Sequence record: MT135026.1
Length of the DNA: 64,000 nt
Direction: 5' to 3' (one strand)
The notes under the pieces are model-generated. The model was not told the DNA's origin. It saw nothing but the letters and a program-made list of their open reading frames with translations, and made no database searches. The translations under genes were made by a program, and so were the position numbers. This document shows, one piece after another, positions 55,701-64,000 of the stretch. How positions within the stretch are numbered: position 1 is the first letter of the stretch; each line of letters opens with the position of its first letter.

Positions 55701-55977
55701 GCGAATCACAAATCCGCTTGAGAAGATTGACCGTCTGAATGGTTACACATATGATCGTACAGACGTTGAATGTCCGCGACAAACTGGTGTAATTGCTCAA
55801 GAAGTTCTTGAAGTTCTACCAGAAGCTGTTGTTGAATCCGGTGGCGATGCTGATGGTCACTATGCAGTTGCATACGGAAATATGGTTGGTCTATTGATCG
55901 AGGGTATCAAAGAAGAGAAGCGCAAACGCGAAGCTCTTGAAGAACGAATCGCTAGACTAGAAGCACTACTAAGTTAA
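52702..55977 (+). CDS. 37: Long tail fibre distal subunit, gp37-like copy 1, with S74 chaperone
   Basis: HPxADKWTTARTL and DSHTHDGRYYTE repeats; C-terminal AYSDARVKTN...GVIAQEV...VAYGNMVGLLIEGIKE. Confidence 0.88.
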   Translation: MAELRSTTAIGGNIVWHGGNLRFDPQGETVLYNGYKLYTENDKPDPHTDLTESVVKRAGDVMSGDLQIAKSTAQLHLSSTANTDASLYLTEDNGNHGVRYHYDGDVNQWQIIRRESNSESVVMYGSRSNNNVVINGIGYLNTTQRIFADNYHPNADKWTTARTLTLSGEVTGSVSIDGSSNVTINTVVPNHTTYAEVGLSASNPEYIATGRTLSGVDTTVDWDTLYRGGFYNKLSQGLNRPAGFTGYWYAQTMTYGSTTNATQVAYPYGISGNSGTIALRTRYADVWEDWVYMYHTDYHPEADKWTTARTLTLSGDVSGSVSFDGSSNISLAVTVADDSHTHDGRYYTEAESDARFVNATGDTMTGYLNVPTTQAQSSNVVYGFGGTSGGKIGSMQLSSGDIDDYQRSGFIDVNSSITGKPAEETGWMWGVHTEHNNGNGYAMTLAMGQNSNRLWWKRRESGVSSAWMKIFDDEYHPLADKWTTARTLTLNGDVSGSASIDGSSNVTLSVVVANDSHTHDGRYYTETEADARFAPIAGGGYVQKTGDTMSSSLIITDSAGNTAPASETVKVDKFGLIGNRTAVYLHNSNTAGEVVLGVGGILADNKQFSVKSTSITSTVNITAPTFIGALSGNATTATSATSATQATKWTTARTLTIGKTGKSVNGTANVSWSPQEVTGTNGAGQISFGTNNRVTTAEFISLLSAQGAFSTWYWTCRGSWSYAAQVTVDTGFGVFGTAGSVIEVHGTSTTNCTIKVITPTTASGATTRQEFIYIDNGSSYSPGWRANYNSSYHPLADKWTTARTLTLNGDVSGSASIDGSANVTLSVAVANDSHNHTHSDGSFTVNGTLISTGVSSYDKIRVWSSGSYTIGMASGQSFGWLNDYAMTFTMNNDTDRGFLWRDEGDAATDGAMSLTTNGNLMVKNVIALGGDTTRYMQNSSNEGSWLFRSDNGKTWHFGARNTSWIHNSTDATSGFYYYQSIQSAGNITAYSDARVKTNVERITNPLEKIDRLNGYTYDRTDVECPRQTGVIAQEVLEVLPEAVVESGGDADGHYAVAYGNMVGLLIEGIKEEKRKREALEERIARLEALLS

Positions 55978-55980
55978 TAA

Positions 55981-56004
55981 AAGCTCCTTCGGGAGCTTTT
56001 TTTG
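55981..56004 (+). terminator. Terminator between the two gp37-like genes
   Basis: AAAGCTCC-TTCG-GGAGCTTT followed by a T-run. Confidence 0.85.
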
Positions 56005-56048
56005 TATCTTCATAAATACATGATAAACGTACTCAATGAGAGAATAAC

Positions 56049-59000
56049 ATGGCAGAACTAAGATCAACTACCGCAATTGGTGGTAATATAGTCTGGCACG
56101 GAGGAAATCTTCGCTTTGACCCGCAAGGCGAGACTATCCGCTACCAAGGCTACAAAATTTACACAGAACACGACACACCACTGCCAGGCGAACTAGGTAA
56201 CGGTGGGACGACTTCTGCATTTACAAAAGCTGAATCTGATGCTCGATTTGCCCCGATTGCGGGCGGTGGCTACGTTCAAAAGATCGGCGATACGATGACG
56301 GGTAAACTGACAAATACGGCGAATGAAATTGAGATTCGAGGTGGTTCTCCGCGTCTGTTGCTTCAAGATAATGACGGTACAAAGCGTTGGTATCTGATCA
56401 ACGATGGTGGTAATTTTAGTTTACGTGAAAATGATACAGCGACAACTCGATTTCGTATTGATGCAACGGCAGCAAACTTCGGCATTGAGAACATTGACAT
56501 CAACGCGAAAACTGCATTTCGCGGATTTGATTCATGGTTGAGAATCAATGACCAAGCCGCATTTACAACTGGGGTATACTTCGGCTCGTCTCTAGTTCGT
56601 ACTGATGGTACGTTGCAAGTCGGTTCAGCGACTGCAAGTGGGTTTGTTGTTAATACAACTGCGATCAAGTACAAAGATAACAATGTGTTTCACGACGGTT
56701 ATCATCCAAATGCTGATAAGTGGACAACTGCACGCACGCTCACAACGACTCTAACGGGCGATGTAAGCGGTTCTGCGTCTATGACGATTGATGGGTCGGC
56801 TAACGCAACTGTGACCGTTACAGCGACTGTAGCGAACGATTCACACACGCATGATGGTCGTTACTACACTGAAACAGAATCTGATGCTCGTTTTGCTAAC
56901 GTGGCTGGCGATACGTTCACTGGTAACGTTGCAATTAGCAAAGCTGGCGGGCGTTTGAGTTTCAATGAAACTGATTACGCAAACAACAATTCAGGCATCA
57001 ACTGGATTACAAGTGCTGGTCAAAACCTTGAGTTGATTCACGAGATCACTGACGGTGATATTAACACGGCTGGTGGCAACGGTCAAGCATTGATCATTCG
57101 TGATAATGGCTCAATTGCATCACCTGCTGGTCTTGAAGTTGAAGGTGAGATTTTCGCGAAAGTAAACCAACGTGTGTTTCACGATGCTTATCACCCGAAT
57201 GCTGATAAATGGACAACTGCAAGGACGTTGACAATCGGTAACACTGGTAAGTCAGTAGATGGTACGAGTAATGTAACATGGACAGCTAAAGAGATCACGG
57301 GTGATTTCTACGGAGGGATGTACAAGTATCGCCGAGACTATGCAGTAAACATCAATGCTCCTGCTAAGTTGTTAGACCAAAATGGGGCTGCGATTACGCA
57401 AGGTTCTATCCGTGTACGAGCTGTAATTACGGGCACTGGAACTACTGACTCGGCATCTAGCGCGACATTCACTAATATCAACGGTGCATGGACGGTTGTT
57501 AATACTACTCAATCTGCGGCAAGTAGTAATAGAATCAATTTCTTCATTGATGTAGATGGCGATCCTGCTGTTTCGACATGGCACACATCGAACTATACTG
57601 TTGAAGTTTACCATGAGTTTGTCAATACGGGCGGCAACTATCACTCAAATTTCTGGGGTATTGACGGGGTATTGTCTTCAGTTGATGGGGTTTTGAAATA
57701 CGGAAGCAACAATGTGTTTCATGACGGTTATCATCCAAATGCTGACAAATGGACTACTGCTCGTACGCTGACGCTAAACGGCGATGTAAGTGGCGCAGTT
57801 TCGTTTGACGGTAGCTCAAATGCGACAATGACAGTTACTGTGGCAAATGACTCTCATACTCACGATGGTCGGTACTACACTGAATCTGAATCCGATGCTC
57901 GATTTGCACAAAATTCCGAGTTCTCGACAACTCAAACATTCGCAGGGATTGTTAACAAATACCTAGCAAAAGTTACATCTGCTGGTGTGCTTGAAGTTGC
58001 GAGATATATTGATTTCCACACGACTAATAGCACGGCTGATTATGACATTCGCCTAGACTGCAATTCGTCTGGTAATATATCAGTTATCGGTGGGACTATG
58101 AGTGGTAGCTTTGTAGGCCCACTGAGTGGGAATGCAAGTACAGCAACGACATGGGCTAATGCTCGTACATTGACAATCGGTAATACTGGCAAATCAGTAA
58201 ACGGATCTGCTAACGTTGCATGGTCATTGGCTGAAATTGGTGCGGTTAGCAAAGCAGGGGATACGATCAATGGACAGTTGACGATTCGACACACAAACGT
58301 TCAGTTGAACTTGATGGACAGTACGTACAGCGATAACTACTGGCAGCTTGACCATCAAAACGGTGTCATGGCGTTTAGATACAACGGTAGTGCATCTGAT
58401 GATTTCAGATTGAACGAAAACGGAACTGCGGTGTTTGCGCATAGTGTAACAGCGCCGACATTCGTGGGTTCTCTGAGTGGCAACGCTACGACGGCGACAT
58501 CTGCTACGACTGCTACCACAGCAACCTATCTCGGGTCTTCTTTGATTAGCTCAAATGGCGGTCAAGATTTCAAGATTCGTGATAAGAGAGCATTGGTTGG
58601 TACAACGTCAAACTTGATTGTCAACTATGGGAATGACTTTACTGATGTAACAGTTCAAAGTGCATTGTTGTCTACGGGTAGGATGACGGCTTACGGATCT
58701 GCGGCATCTTATGCATATGCTTCGCATTACACGTCACAAGCTCCGTTTTATCACTACAAATCAAGTTCGGGTAGTAGTGAATATCATGCTTTCATGAAAG
58801 GTGATATTAACCACTCGGGTGGTCGTTATCAGCACTCATTCGGTGCAATTTTGAGTTCTTCGGGAGCGCATACGGCTCAGATCGTATCGTCTCTGAATAG
58901 CTCAACGACTAAGCAGTGGTCATTTCAGTATTCAACTGGTAACTTCACTGCTCCGGGTAACGTGACAGCGTACTCAGACCGACGTTTGAAGAAAAACATC

Positions 59001-59306
59001 AAGCTTATTGACAATGCACTCAATAAAGTAGGTGAATTAAACGGGTATACATATGACAAGCGTAGTTCATTCGATTCCGACGAATATATTCGTGAAACGG
59101 GTGTGATTGCGCAAGAAGTGGAAAAAGTACTGCCAGAAGCAGTGATGGAAAGTGACGACGAAGATCGTATTCTATCAGTCGCGTACGGCAATATGAACGG
59201 TCTTTTGATTGAAGCTATCAAAGAGCTTAATGCAAAAGTAGACACGCTTCAGAACGAAGTACAAGAGCTTAAACGCCCATGGTGGAAGAAGTTGCTTCGT
59301 TTATAA
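56049..59306 (+). CDS. 37: Long tail fibre distal subunit, gp37-like copy 2, with S74 chaperone
   Basis: Same first 29 aa and repeats as copy 1; AYSDRRLKKN...GVIAQEV...VAYGNMNGLLIEAIKE. Confidence 0.88.
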   Translation: MAELRSTTAIGGNIVWHGGNLRFDPQGETIRYQGYKIYTEHDTPLPGELGNGGTTSAFTKAESDARFAPIAGGGYVQKIGDTMTGKLTNTANEIEIRGGSPRLLLQDNDGTKRWYLINDGGNFSLRENDTATTRFRIDATAANFGIENIDINAKTAFRGFDSWLRINDQAAFTTGVYFGSSLVRTDGTLQVGSATASGFVVNTTAIKYKDNNVFHDGYHPNADKWTTARTLTTTLTGDVSGSASMTIDGSANATVTVTATVANDSHTHDGRYYTETESDARFANVAGDTFTGNVAISKAGGRLSFNETDYANNNSGINWITSAGQNLELIHEITDGDINTAGGNGQALIIRDNGSIASPAGLEVEGEIFAKVNQRVFHDAYHPNADKWTTARTLTIGNTGKSVDGTSNVTWTAKEITGDFYGGMYKYRRDYAVNINAPAKLLDQNGAAITQGSIRVRAVITGTGTTDSASSATFTNINGAWTVVNTTQSAASSNRINFFIDVDGDPAVSTWHTSNYTVEVYHEFVNTGGNYHSNFWGIDGVLSSVDGVLKYGSNNVFHDGYHPNADKWTTARTLTLNGDVSGAVSFDGSSNATMTVTVANDSHTHDGRYYTESESDARFAQNSEFSTTQTFAGIVNKYLAKVTSAGVLEVARYIDFHTTNSTADYDIRLDCNSSGNISVIGGTMSGSFVGPLSGNASTATTWANARTLTIGNTGKSVNGSANVAWSLAEIGAVSKAGDTINGQLTIRHTNVQLNLMDSTYSDNYWQLDHQNGVMAFRYNGSASDDFRLNENGTAVFAHSVTAPTFVGSLSGNATTATSATTATTATYLGSSLISSNGGQDFKIRDKRALVGTTSNLIVNYGNDFTDVTVQSALLSTGRMTAYGSAASYAYASHYTSQAPFYHYKSSSGSSEYHAFMKGDINHSGGRYQHSFGAILSSSGAHTAQIVSSLNSSTTKQWSFQYSTGNFTAPGNVTAYSDRRLKKNIKLIDNALNKVGELNGYTYDKRSSFDSDEYIRETGVIAQEVEKVLPEAVMESDDEDRILSVAYGNMNGLLIEAIKELNAKVDTLQNEVQELKRPWWKKLLRL

Positions 59307-59309
59307 ATA
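59302..59309 (+). promoter_or_regulatory. T4-type late promoter
   Basis: TATAAATA overlapping the gp37 stop codon. Confidence 0.8.
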
Positions 59310-59356
59310 CACCTGACAGTCAGAGAATAAGATAAACCAACATAGGAACCAATACT

Positions 59357-59932
59357 ATGAGTAAAATGGCGCAATTTTTGTTAGCTGTTATAGGTACTAT
59401 TCTTATCCCTCTGGCTATCACCTCAATGAGCGTTGCGACAAACTACGGTAGTATGCAAGAAGCATTACAAGTTGTCCAAGAACAAGGTAAAACCGCAGTT
59501 GCTCAAAACGCTAAAATCATGCAAGAAATAACTGACATCAAACTAACAAACGCAACGCAGGCACAACAACTGATTGGCTTAGAAGGGGCGCAAGCTCTTA
59601 TCGTTAAAAAGCAAGATCAAGTGCTTGTAAACTATGGTAGTCTTGAGAGCGAAGTAAGAGCATTGAGGAGTGCGTCGGAGTTGGGCGACAAAAATCTAGT
59701 AAACTCAGTGGAGAGTATTAAAAGTACTCAGAACGCCATTATTACTAAGATAGACAGTACCCATTCACGTTACTCTAAGATTGAGACTGATTTAGCCAGA
59801 GTCGAGACATTGATTAACATTGATTCAACTGACCGCTTTACAGGGAAAGATGGAGAAATGCTTAATACTCGTATTGACAATCTTGAAAGTAAAGTTCACG
59901 AGATTGACAAGCGAACTAAGAAAGTACAGTGA
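59357..59932 (+). CDS. Late membrane-anchored coiled-coil protein (possible lysis function)
   Basis: Single N-terminal TM, long heptads, TATAAATA at 59302-59309; occupies the post-37 slot of T4 holin t. Confidence 0.55.
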   Translation: MSKMAQFLLAVIGTILIPLAITSMSVATNYGSMQEALQVVQEQGKTAVAQNAKIMQEITDIKLTNATQAQQLIGLEGAQALIVKKQDQVLVNYGSLESEVRALRSASELGDKNLVNSVESIKSTQNAIITKIDSTHSRYSKIETDLARVETLINIDSTDRFTGKDGEMLNTRIDNLESKVHEIDKRTKKVQ

Positions 59933-59934
59933 CC

Positions 59935-59975
59935 AAAAAAAAGGGAGAGTAACAGTTGTACTCTCCCTTTTCTTT
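59935..59975. terminator. Bidirectional terminator
   Basis: AAAAGGGAGAGTA/TACTCTCCCTTTT between convergent genes. Confidence 0.85.
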
Positions 59976-60270
59976 ATTCGTCGTGAACGACCCAATCTTC
60001 AGCTAAAATATCAGCCTGAGACGCTACCCATCCCGGTTGCCATTTCTGTTCAGCCGTGAACATTGCAATATACGGTTGACTGTCTAATGGCGTATCTTCG
60101 CCGATGTGTTTTGCAGTTCGATCATTGACTTTTCGCATTGTGTCTTGCGTGTTAAAAGGCGGCAAGTAAAGTGCTGGCATAAGAACGATAAACATACCCT
60201 TACCATTCCAACCTTCGCGTGATATTTTTCGACCGGCTTTTAAAGATTCAAGTGCATTTCCAAAATTCAT
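59974..60270 (-). CDS. tad2: DUF2829 protein, Tad2 (Thoeris anti-defence sponge) family
   Basis: MNFGNALESLKAGRKISREGWNGKGMF...PYIAM...GWVASQADILAEDW. Confidence 0.85.
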   Translation of the reverse strand: MNFGNALESLKAGRKISREGWNGKGMFIVLMPALYLPPFNTQDTMRKVNDRTAKHIGEDTPLDSQPYIAMFTAEQKWQPGWVASQADILAEDWVVHDE

Positions 60271-60278
60271 AATTTACC

Positions 60279-60578
60279 TTAAACATAAATGCTTTCTAAA
60301 ATTGATTCACCTTGCGGGACATTACCCCACGAGAACGATTCACGAACTTCGCGCTTAGTCCCTTGCGGAAGACGAGCAAACATTTGTCGAAACGACATCT
60401 GCGTGAATTCTTTGCCCGTTGTAGTTCTAAATCCTGCTTCATTGCACATTTCAACAAAGAGTTTCTGATTTGTGACACACTCATCATATCCCATCTTGAC
60501 TAACAGTGATGCATATGCTGCAATATCAAGAGCCAGTTCTGGAGTGCTTTTGTAAGTTGTTGTTGATACTTCTTTCAT
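60279..60578 (-). CDS. asiA: Anti-sigma70 factor AsiA
   Basis: IAAYASLLVKMGYDE...FVEMCNEAG...GKEFTQMSFRQMF aligns by eye with T4 AsiA (IITVASILIKF...FIAFLNEIG...GRKLNQNSFRKIV). Confidence 0.88.
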   Translation of the reverse strand: MKEVSTTTYKSTPELALDIAAYASLLVKMGYDECVTNQKLFVEMCNEAGFRTTTGKEFTQMSFRQMFARLPQGTKREVRESFSWGNVPQGESILESIYV

Positions 60579-60581
60579 AAA

Positions 60582-61313
60582 TTAAAACTCTTCTTCGTCT
60601 AACGACATTAATACTTTATCTAAATCGGATACATCTGGAATAACAATCTTTTTGTGAACTTCTTCGAGTTCATTTTCATCATTCCAATCGTCTTCATCAT
60701 TATAGTCTAAACACTCAATAACGTCAACCGTCTTCTTCCCGATCTGCGCCGGACAGTTTAGGTTAGCAGTCTTGTCATAAGCGTCTACAACATACCTAAG
60801 TTTACCTATTGCAAATGCATACAGCTTCGGCTTTTGATTCTCATCTAGAACGAGCATTGCACATGCTTTATCCGCTGAACGTCGAACGTTCGAAAGTCGC
60901 AACCCGCACGTGTAGAACATCGGTAATTTCTCGCGAGTCTCTCCGTTTGGATATTTCACTTTGATTTTGTGTTGACGTAATATTGATTTGAACCAATCTT
61001 CTTGTTGCTGATAATAATGATGATAGTCGTATCTTGCCGATTTGATACGCTTCATGCCGTTGTTTGCTCTGTTAGATTCAGTGAAGTTAGCATATAGATT
61101 CATCGAGTTTAAAAAAACTAGTGATTCCGCGTCCATTAGCGTAATTTCTGCTCTGAAACCATCTAGTTTTGACCCTTTGATTCTATTGTCGTACAGTGTG
61201 TTTGTAACACAGCGCACGTGATAGTGATCAAGTTTGCTAGTATCGATCACTTCGAACTCATACCCCGCATTCCTTACACTTTTTGTAGGAATGATGATTT
61301 CTGCTCTTTCCAT
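60582..61313 (-). CDS. Hypothetical protein with acidic C-terminus
   Basis: Long ORF; ATG 61313 with GGGG SD preferred to the upstream start. Confidence 0.7.
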   Translation of the reverse strand: MERAEIIIPTKSVRNAGYEFEVIDTSKLDHYHVRCVTNTLYDNRIKGSKLDGFRAEITLMDAESLVFLNSMNLYANFTESNRANNGMKRIKSARYDYHHYYQQQEDWFKSILRQHKIKVKYPNGETREKLPMFYTCGLRLSNVRRSADKACAMLVLDENQKPKLYAFAIGKLRYVVDAYDKTANLNCPAQIGKKTVDVIECLDYNDEDDWNDENELEEVHKKIVIPDVSDLDKVLMSLDEEEF

Positions 61314-61473
61314 TAATCGCCCCGACGTGCTGAAACGCACTCTTGTTGAGATAATCTGTAGATAGTGTTTGGAAGATTTTCGTAACCGACATGTCACGAA
61401 ATTCGGGTAACTGCATTAGTTGTTCTGCGATATGAATAGAACATCGAACTTTCAATTGTTGCTTGTCTTTCAT
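61258..61473 (-). CDS. Small protein, possible ribbon-helix-helix DNA binder
   Basis: GGAGGT SD; MKDKQQLKVRCSIHIAEQLMQL...MSVTKIFQTL pattern. Confidence 0.5.
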   Translation of the reverse strand: MKDKQQLKVRCSIHIAEQLMQLPEFRDMSVTKIFQTLSTDYLNKSAFQHVGAINGKSRNHHSYKKCKECGV

Positions 61474-61547
61474 CGACACCTCCCGTCTAGATATTTTAAT
61501 GTAAGTTTAGGGAGTTCTAAACAAAAAAAGCGCCCGAAGGCGCTTTG

Positions 61548-61856
61548 TTAATTGAGTTTCGAAGTTACCTGAATTCTATGTCGGTCTTTCTTCATGTCGT
61601 AATCCGGTGAATTACGGTCTTGAATTAAAACGCCGAGCACGTTCGTGTAATGCTTCGAAGTTTTTGTGATGTGAGAATACACGCCACCAGGAACTGTCGG
61701 GTCTTGGAACGTCTTGATATTAACGATTTCGCCGACTTCTAACTGAAGTTCAACCGAATCGTTAGTTCCGCCGACTGCATACCAGTACTTGACTAGTGTA
61801 TTGAAATTGCCTGTATCAGTGATTTTCACAGTCTGATTTACAATCATTTTTCCCAT
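61548..61856 (-). CDS. Hypothetical protein
   Basis: TAATG-coupled to phoH. Confidence 0.75.
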   Translation of the reverse strand: MGKMIVNQTVKITDTGNFNTLVKYWYAVGGTNDSVELQLEVGEIVNIKTFQDPTVPGGVYSHITKTSKHYTNVLGVLIQDRNSPDYDMKKDRHRIQVTSKLN

Positions 61857-62563
61857 TATTGAGCCTTGTCGATGATGTCAAGAGCAAGCTTACAAGCACC
61901 AGAACGAACTACGTCCTTGTTTGTGAACTCAATAATCTCGATGCCTGAGCGTTGCTGATTACGAATTTCATTGACCATCCACGCTAGACCACTGATTTCT
62001 TTCTGACCAGTACGATAGATCATCTTGTGGTCGTCTTGTTTCAAGTCACCACAGAAAACCATTTTCGTATTCTCGCCGATACGAGTCATGATGGTCTGAA
62101 TTTCAGTTTTAGTTAAGTTCTGAGCTTCATCGACGACGATAAAACAGTTGTCGAATGTCTTGCCTCGAACGAATTGAATAGGTTCAGCGTGAATGCGTTT
62201 GTTCCAGTCGCATTTGAATTTATCTGCGCCTAGTCGGTCTTTCAATGGCTGCGTTACTGTTTGAATCCAAGGTTCCATCTTTTCTTCAAGAGTACCGGGT
62301 AAGTAACCGAGTTCTTCACCGCATGAAAGCGTCGGCTTCAAGATGATGAATTCGGTGTAGTCAAAAGCTGAGTACATGTCTGCACCTAGAGTCGTTGCAA
62401 GCCATGTCTTACCTGTACCCGCAGAACCAATCGCAAATACAAATGCACCTGAGCCGTCTTCACCGACTTCTTCCTGCAATGCAGCCGCGTATTGCTCTTG
62501 GTTGAAGGTCAGTAACTCGATGCGTTGTAGTGTGCGTTCTTCAGAGTTCTTCTTTTTGCCCAT
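61856..62563 (-). CDS. phoH: PhoH-like ATPase
   Basis: GSAGTGKT, LGYLPGTLEEKMEPW, FVRGKTF, DEAQN, GDLKQDD, DVVRS. Confidence 0.95.
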   Translation of the reverse strand: MGKKKNSEERTLQRIELLTFNQEQYAAALQEEVGEDGSGAFVFAIGSAGTGKTWLATTLGADMYSAFDYTEFIILKPTLSCGEELGYLPGTLEEKMEPWIQTVTQPLKDRLGADKFKCDWNKRIHAEPIQFVRGKTFDNCFIVVDEAQNLTKTEIQTIMTRIGENTKMVFCGDLKQDDHKMIYRTGQKEISGLAWMVNEIRNQQRSGIEIIEFTNKDVVRSGACKLALDIIDKAQ

Positions 62564-62627
62564 GTAGTAGACCTTTTGTTGTGTTGTTTGACAGATTTAT
62601 AGTAACGGCAATGTATCGGCAGATAAA

Positions 62628-63113
62628 CTAAAGTTTTCTGCGGATTACTTCGTCAGCATCAATAAAGCCTTCTTTTGGAGACCAGCATTGAACATCTTCG
62701 CTGTTACGTACGTCGATGTGAACCCATGACATAGATGTTCCGTTTGCAAGCGGGCTACATTCAATGAATTTCACATAAGGGAATTCTTCTGGGTTCTCTA
62801 AGATGTATTTACGCACTTGATCTGCGGTGTGATTTCTGAATTTGCAGTCGGCTGCACGACCGTATTTGTGCTGAGAACGGCTATCAAGGTACTTTTGTGT
62901 CGATCCGTAGAAGTTTTCGTCTCTGAAACCGCTGTATTTGAACGATCCGCCCCAACTCCAATCGTTTATGGTGCAGGGACCGAAACGTTCTCTGAGCGCG
63001 TCTAGCGTGCGTAATAGACGGTCATCGAAAAGTGACCAACATCTTTCACCCCATGCAGCGTGCATTTGTGGAGTTACAAGCTCTTGGATTTTGAAATGTT
63101 TACATTTATACAT
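62628..63113 (-). CDS. Peptidase M15 family endolysin-like protein
   Basis: SGFR, SQHKYGRAAD, WVHID zinc-site motifs. Confidence 0.85.
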   Translation of the reverse strand: MYKCKHFKIQELVTPQMHAAWGERCWSLFDDRLLRTLDALRERFGPCTINDWSWGGSFKYSGFRDENFYGSTQKYLDSRSQHKYGRAADCKFRNHTADQVRKYILENPEEFPYVKFIECSPLANGTSMSWVHIDVRNSEDVQCWSPKEGFIDADEVIRRKL

Positions 63114-63154
63114 GATTCAGTCCTAAAAAAGGGAGCGTTATTGCTCCCTAGTAT

Positions 63155-64000
63155 TTAGTCCCAATCTTCGTCTTCTTCCTCGTCTTCGTATTCATCTTTG
63201 AGATCATCCCAAAGTTCTTCGAAGTGAGCAATGAATTTAGTGGGTTTGAATTGATCCCAGTAGTCGAACGAACGGTGGTTGACTGATTCAGTACGCATTT
63301 CTGCCATGTCGAATTCGCCGTCCATTTCCCAATACATTTCTGGCATTGATTCTTCGATCACGTCACCGTCAGCGTAGATGAAATTGAAATGACTTGCAGG
63401 GATTCGACCTTTGTACCCGAAGATACCGATGCGAGTACTCAATCCGCCTAGGCGTTTACCAAATCGACTTTCGATGTCGTCTCTGTGATACTTAGTACCG
63501 TCACCTCGCGAATGTGGCATTTGATAGAAGATGTCAGCATACCCAAGCTCGGATGCTTCTTCCGAATTAGCGCCTAGAACATCAATTACAACGTCATAGT
63601 CAGATACAAGCTTGCTTTCGTCTGGAATGCGTAGCTCGATAATCACAGGGAACGAGTTGTTTCGGTTCGCTGAGTGTGTCGCGTGGAACATTGCTTTGTC
63701 AAGTTCTGTTGTAATAAAGACTTTATCAGCATGTTCAATATTATCGAATTGCGTTTCATTCGGATTCGGTTTCAGACCAAATTTCAACATTGATTCAATG
63801 AACGTAGTCGATGTACCGTGATAGAACGTCTTCTGAGACAGTTTCTTGTTGAATTCTCGACGGTCGGTCTCGAAATCGTGCTCAACTTCATCGTAATCAG
63901 GGTTAAATGATTGCGTCCGACGAGTCACGCCGTTCAGGTTAAGGGCTTTAATAGTCTTGCGAAGCGTGTCAGACGCTACAGACGGGCGATAAGATGATTG
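63155..64000 (-). CDS. ADP-ribosyltransferase-fold protein (5' end outside the window)
   Basis: Frame is open to base 64000; FYHGTS, GLKP, VFITTELDKAMFHA, IIELRIP, GRIP resemble H-Y-[EDQ]/Tpt1-like ART. Confidence 0.55.
   Translation of the reverse strand, partial: QSSYRPSVASDTLRKTIKALNLNGVTRRTQSFNPDYDEVEHDFETDRREFNKKLSQKTFYHGTSTTFIESMLKFGLKPNPNETQFDNIEHADKVFITTELDKAMFHATHSANRNNSFPVIIELRIPDESKLVSDYDVVIDVLGANSEEASELGYADIFYQMPHSRGDGTKYHRDDIESRFGKRLGGLSTRIGIFGYKGRIPASHFNFIYADGDVIEESMPEMYWEMDGEFDMAEMRTESVNHRSFDYWDQFKPTKFIAHFEELWDDLKDEYEDEEEDEDWD

Noticed and set aside
52702-59306. CRISPR array or diversity-generating retroelement in the fibre repeats
   Set aside because: Repeats are in-frame protein modules with synonymous variation; no constant repeat/spacer period, no reverse transcriptase, no evident TR/VR pair.

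Overview
This window is 64 kb of a T4-like (Straboviridae) myophage genome. Gene order, the lysozyme-less gp5, duplicated gp12/gp37 fibres and the very large tRNA cluster point to a KVP40-like Vibrio phage (Schizotequatrovirus); this is an inference, not a database match. Layout: 1-31 kb is a mostly minus-strand late cluster (tail tube, sheath, terminase, neck, fibritin, baseplate). 31-38 kb holds plus-strand genes 4, 2, 54, 26, 51-like, 29-like, 3, 1, 57A and 57B. 38.3-47.5 kb is an RNA gene island with 28 intact tRNAs covering all 20 amino acids, five insertion-interrupted tRNA-like genes and many structured non-tRNA RNAs. 47.5-52.6 kb carries small genes, a cyclic-phosphate receiver-like protein, a TROVE/Ro60-like vWA protein (DUF2828 type) and an RNase H-like protein. 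52.7-59.3 kb carries two gp37-like fibres, followed by Tad2-like, AsiA, PhoH, an M15 peptidase and a truncated ART-like gene. The most notable signal is a 12-copy RNA motif: a helix whose strand WG-N8 is followed by CWGCAA, with the partner strand ending in CWG. It occurs in two circularly permuted topologies, (i) closing free-standing ncRNAs and (ii) as a hairpin inserted into the anticodon arm of five tRNA-like genes. One copy sequesters the start codon of the TROVE/Ro60-like gene, which suggests a phage Ro/Y-RNA-like ribonucleoprotein system with tRNA mimics and autoregulation (inference). Other notable items are tandem covarying pseudoknots at the head of the tRNA operon, a tmRNA-shaped 240-nt RNA, a candidate -1 frameshift fusing gp26 to the small ORF before the tape measure gene, and an 87-bp element duplicated 26 kb apart.
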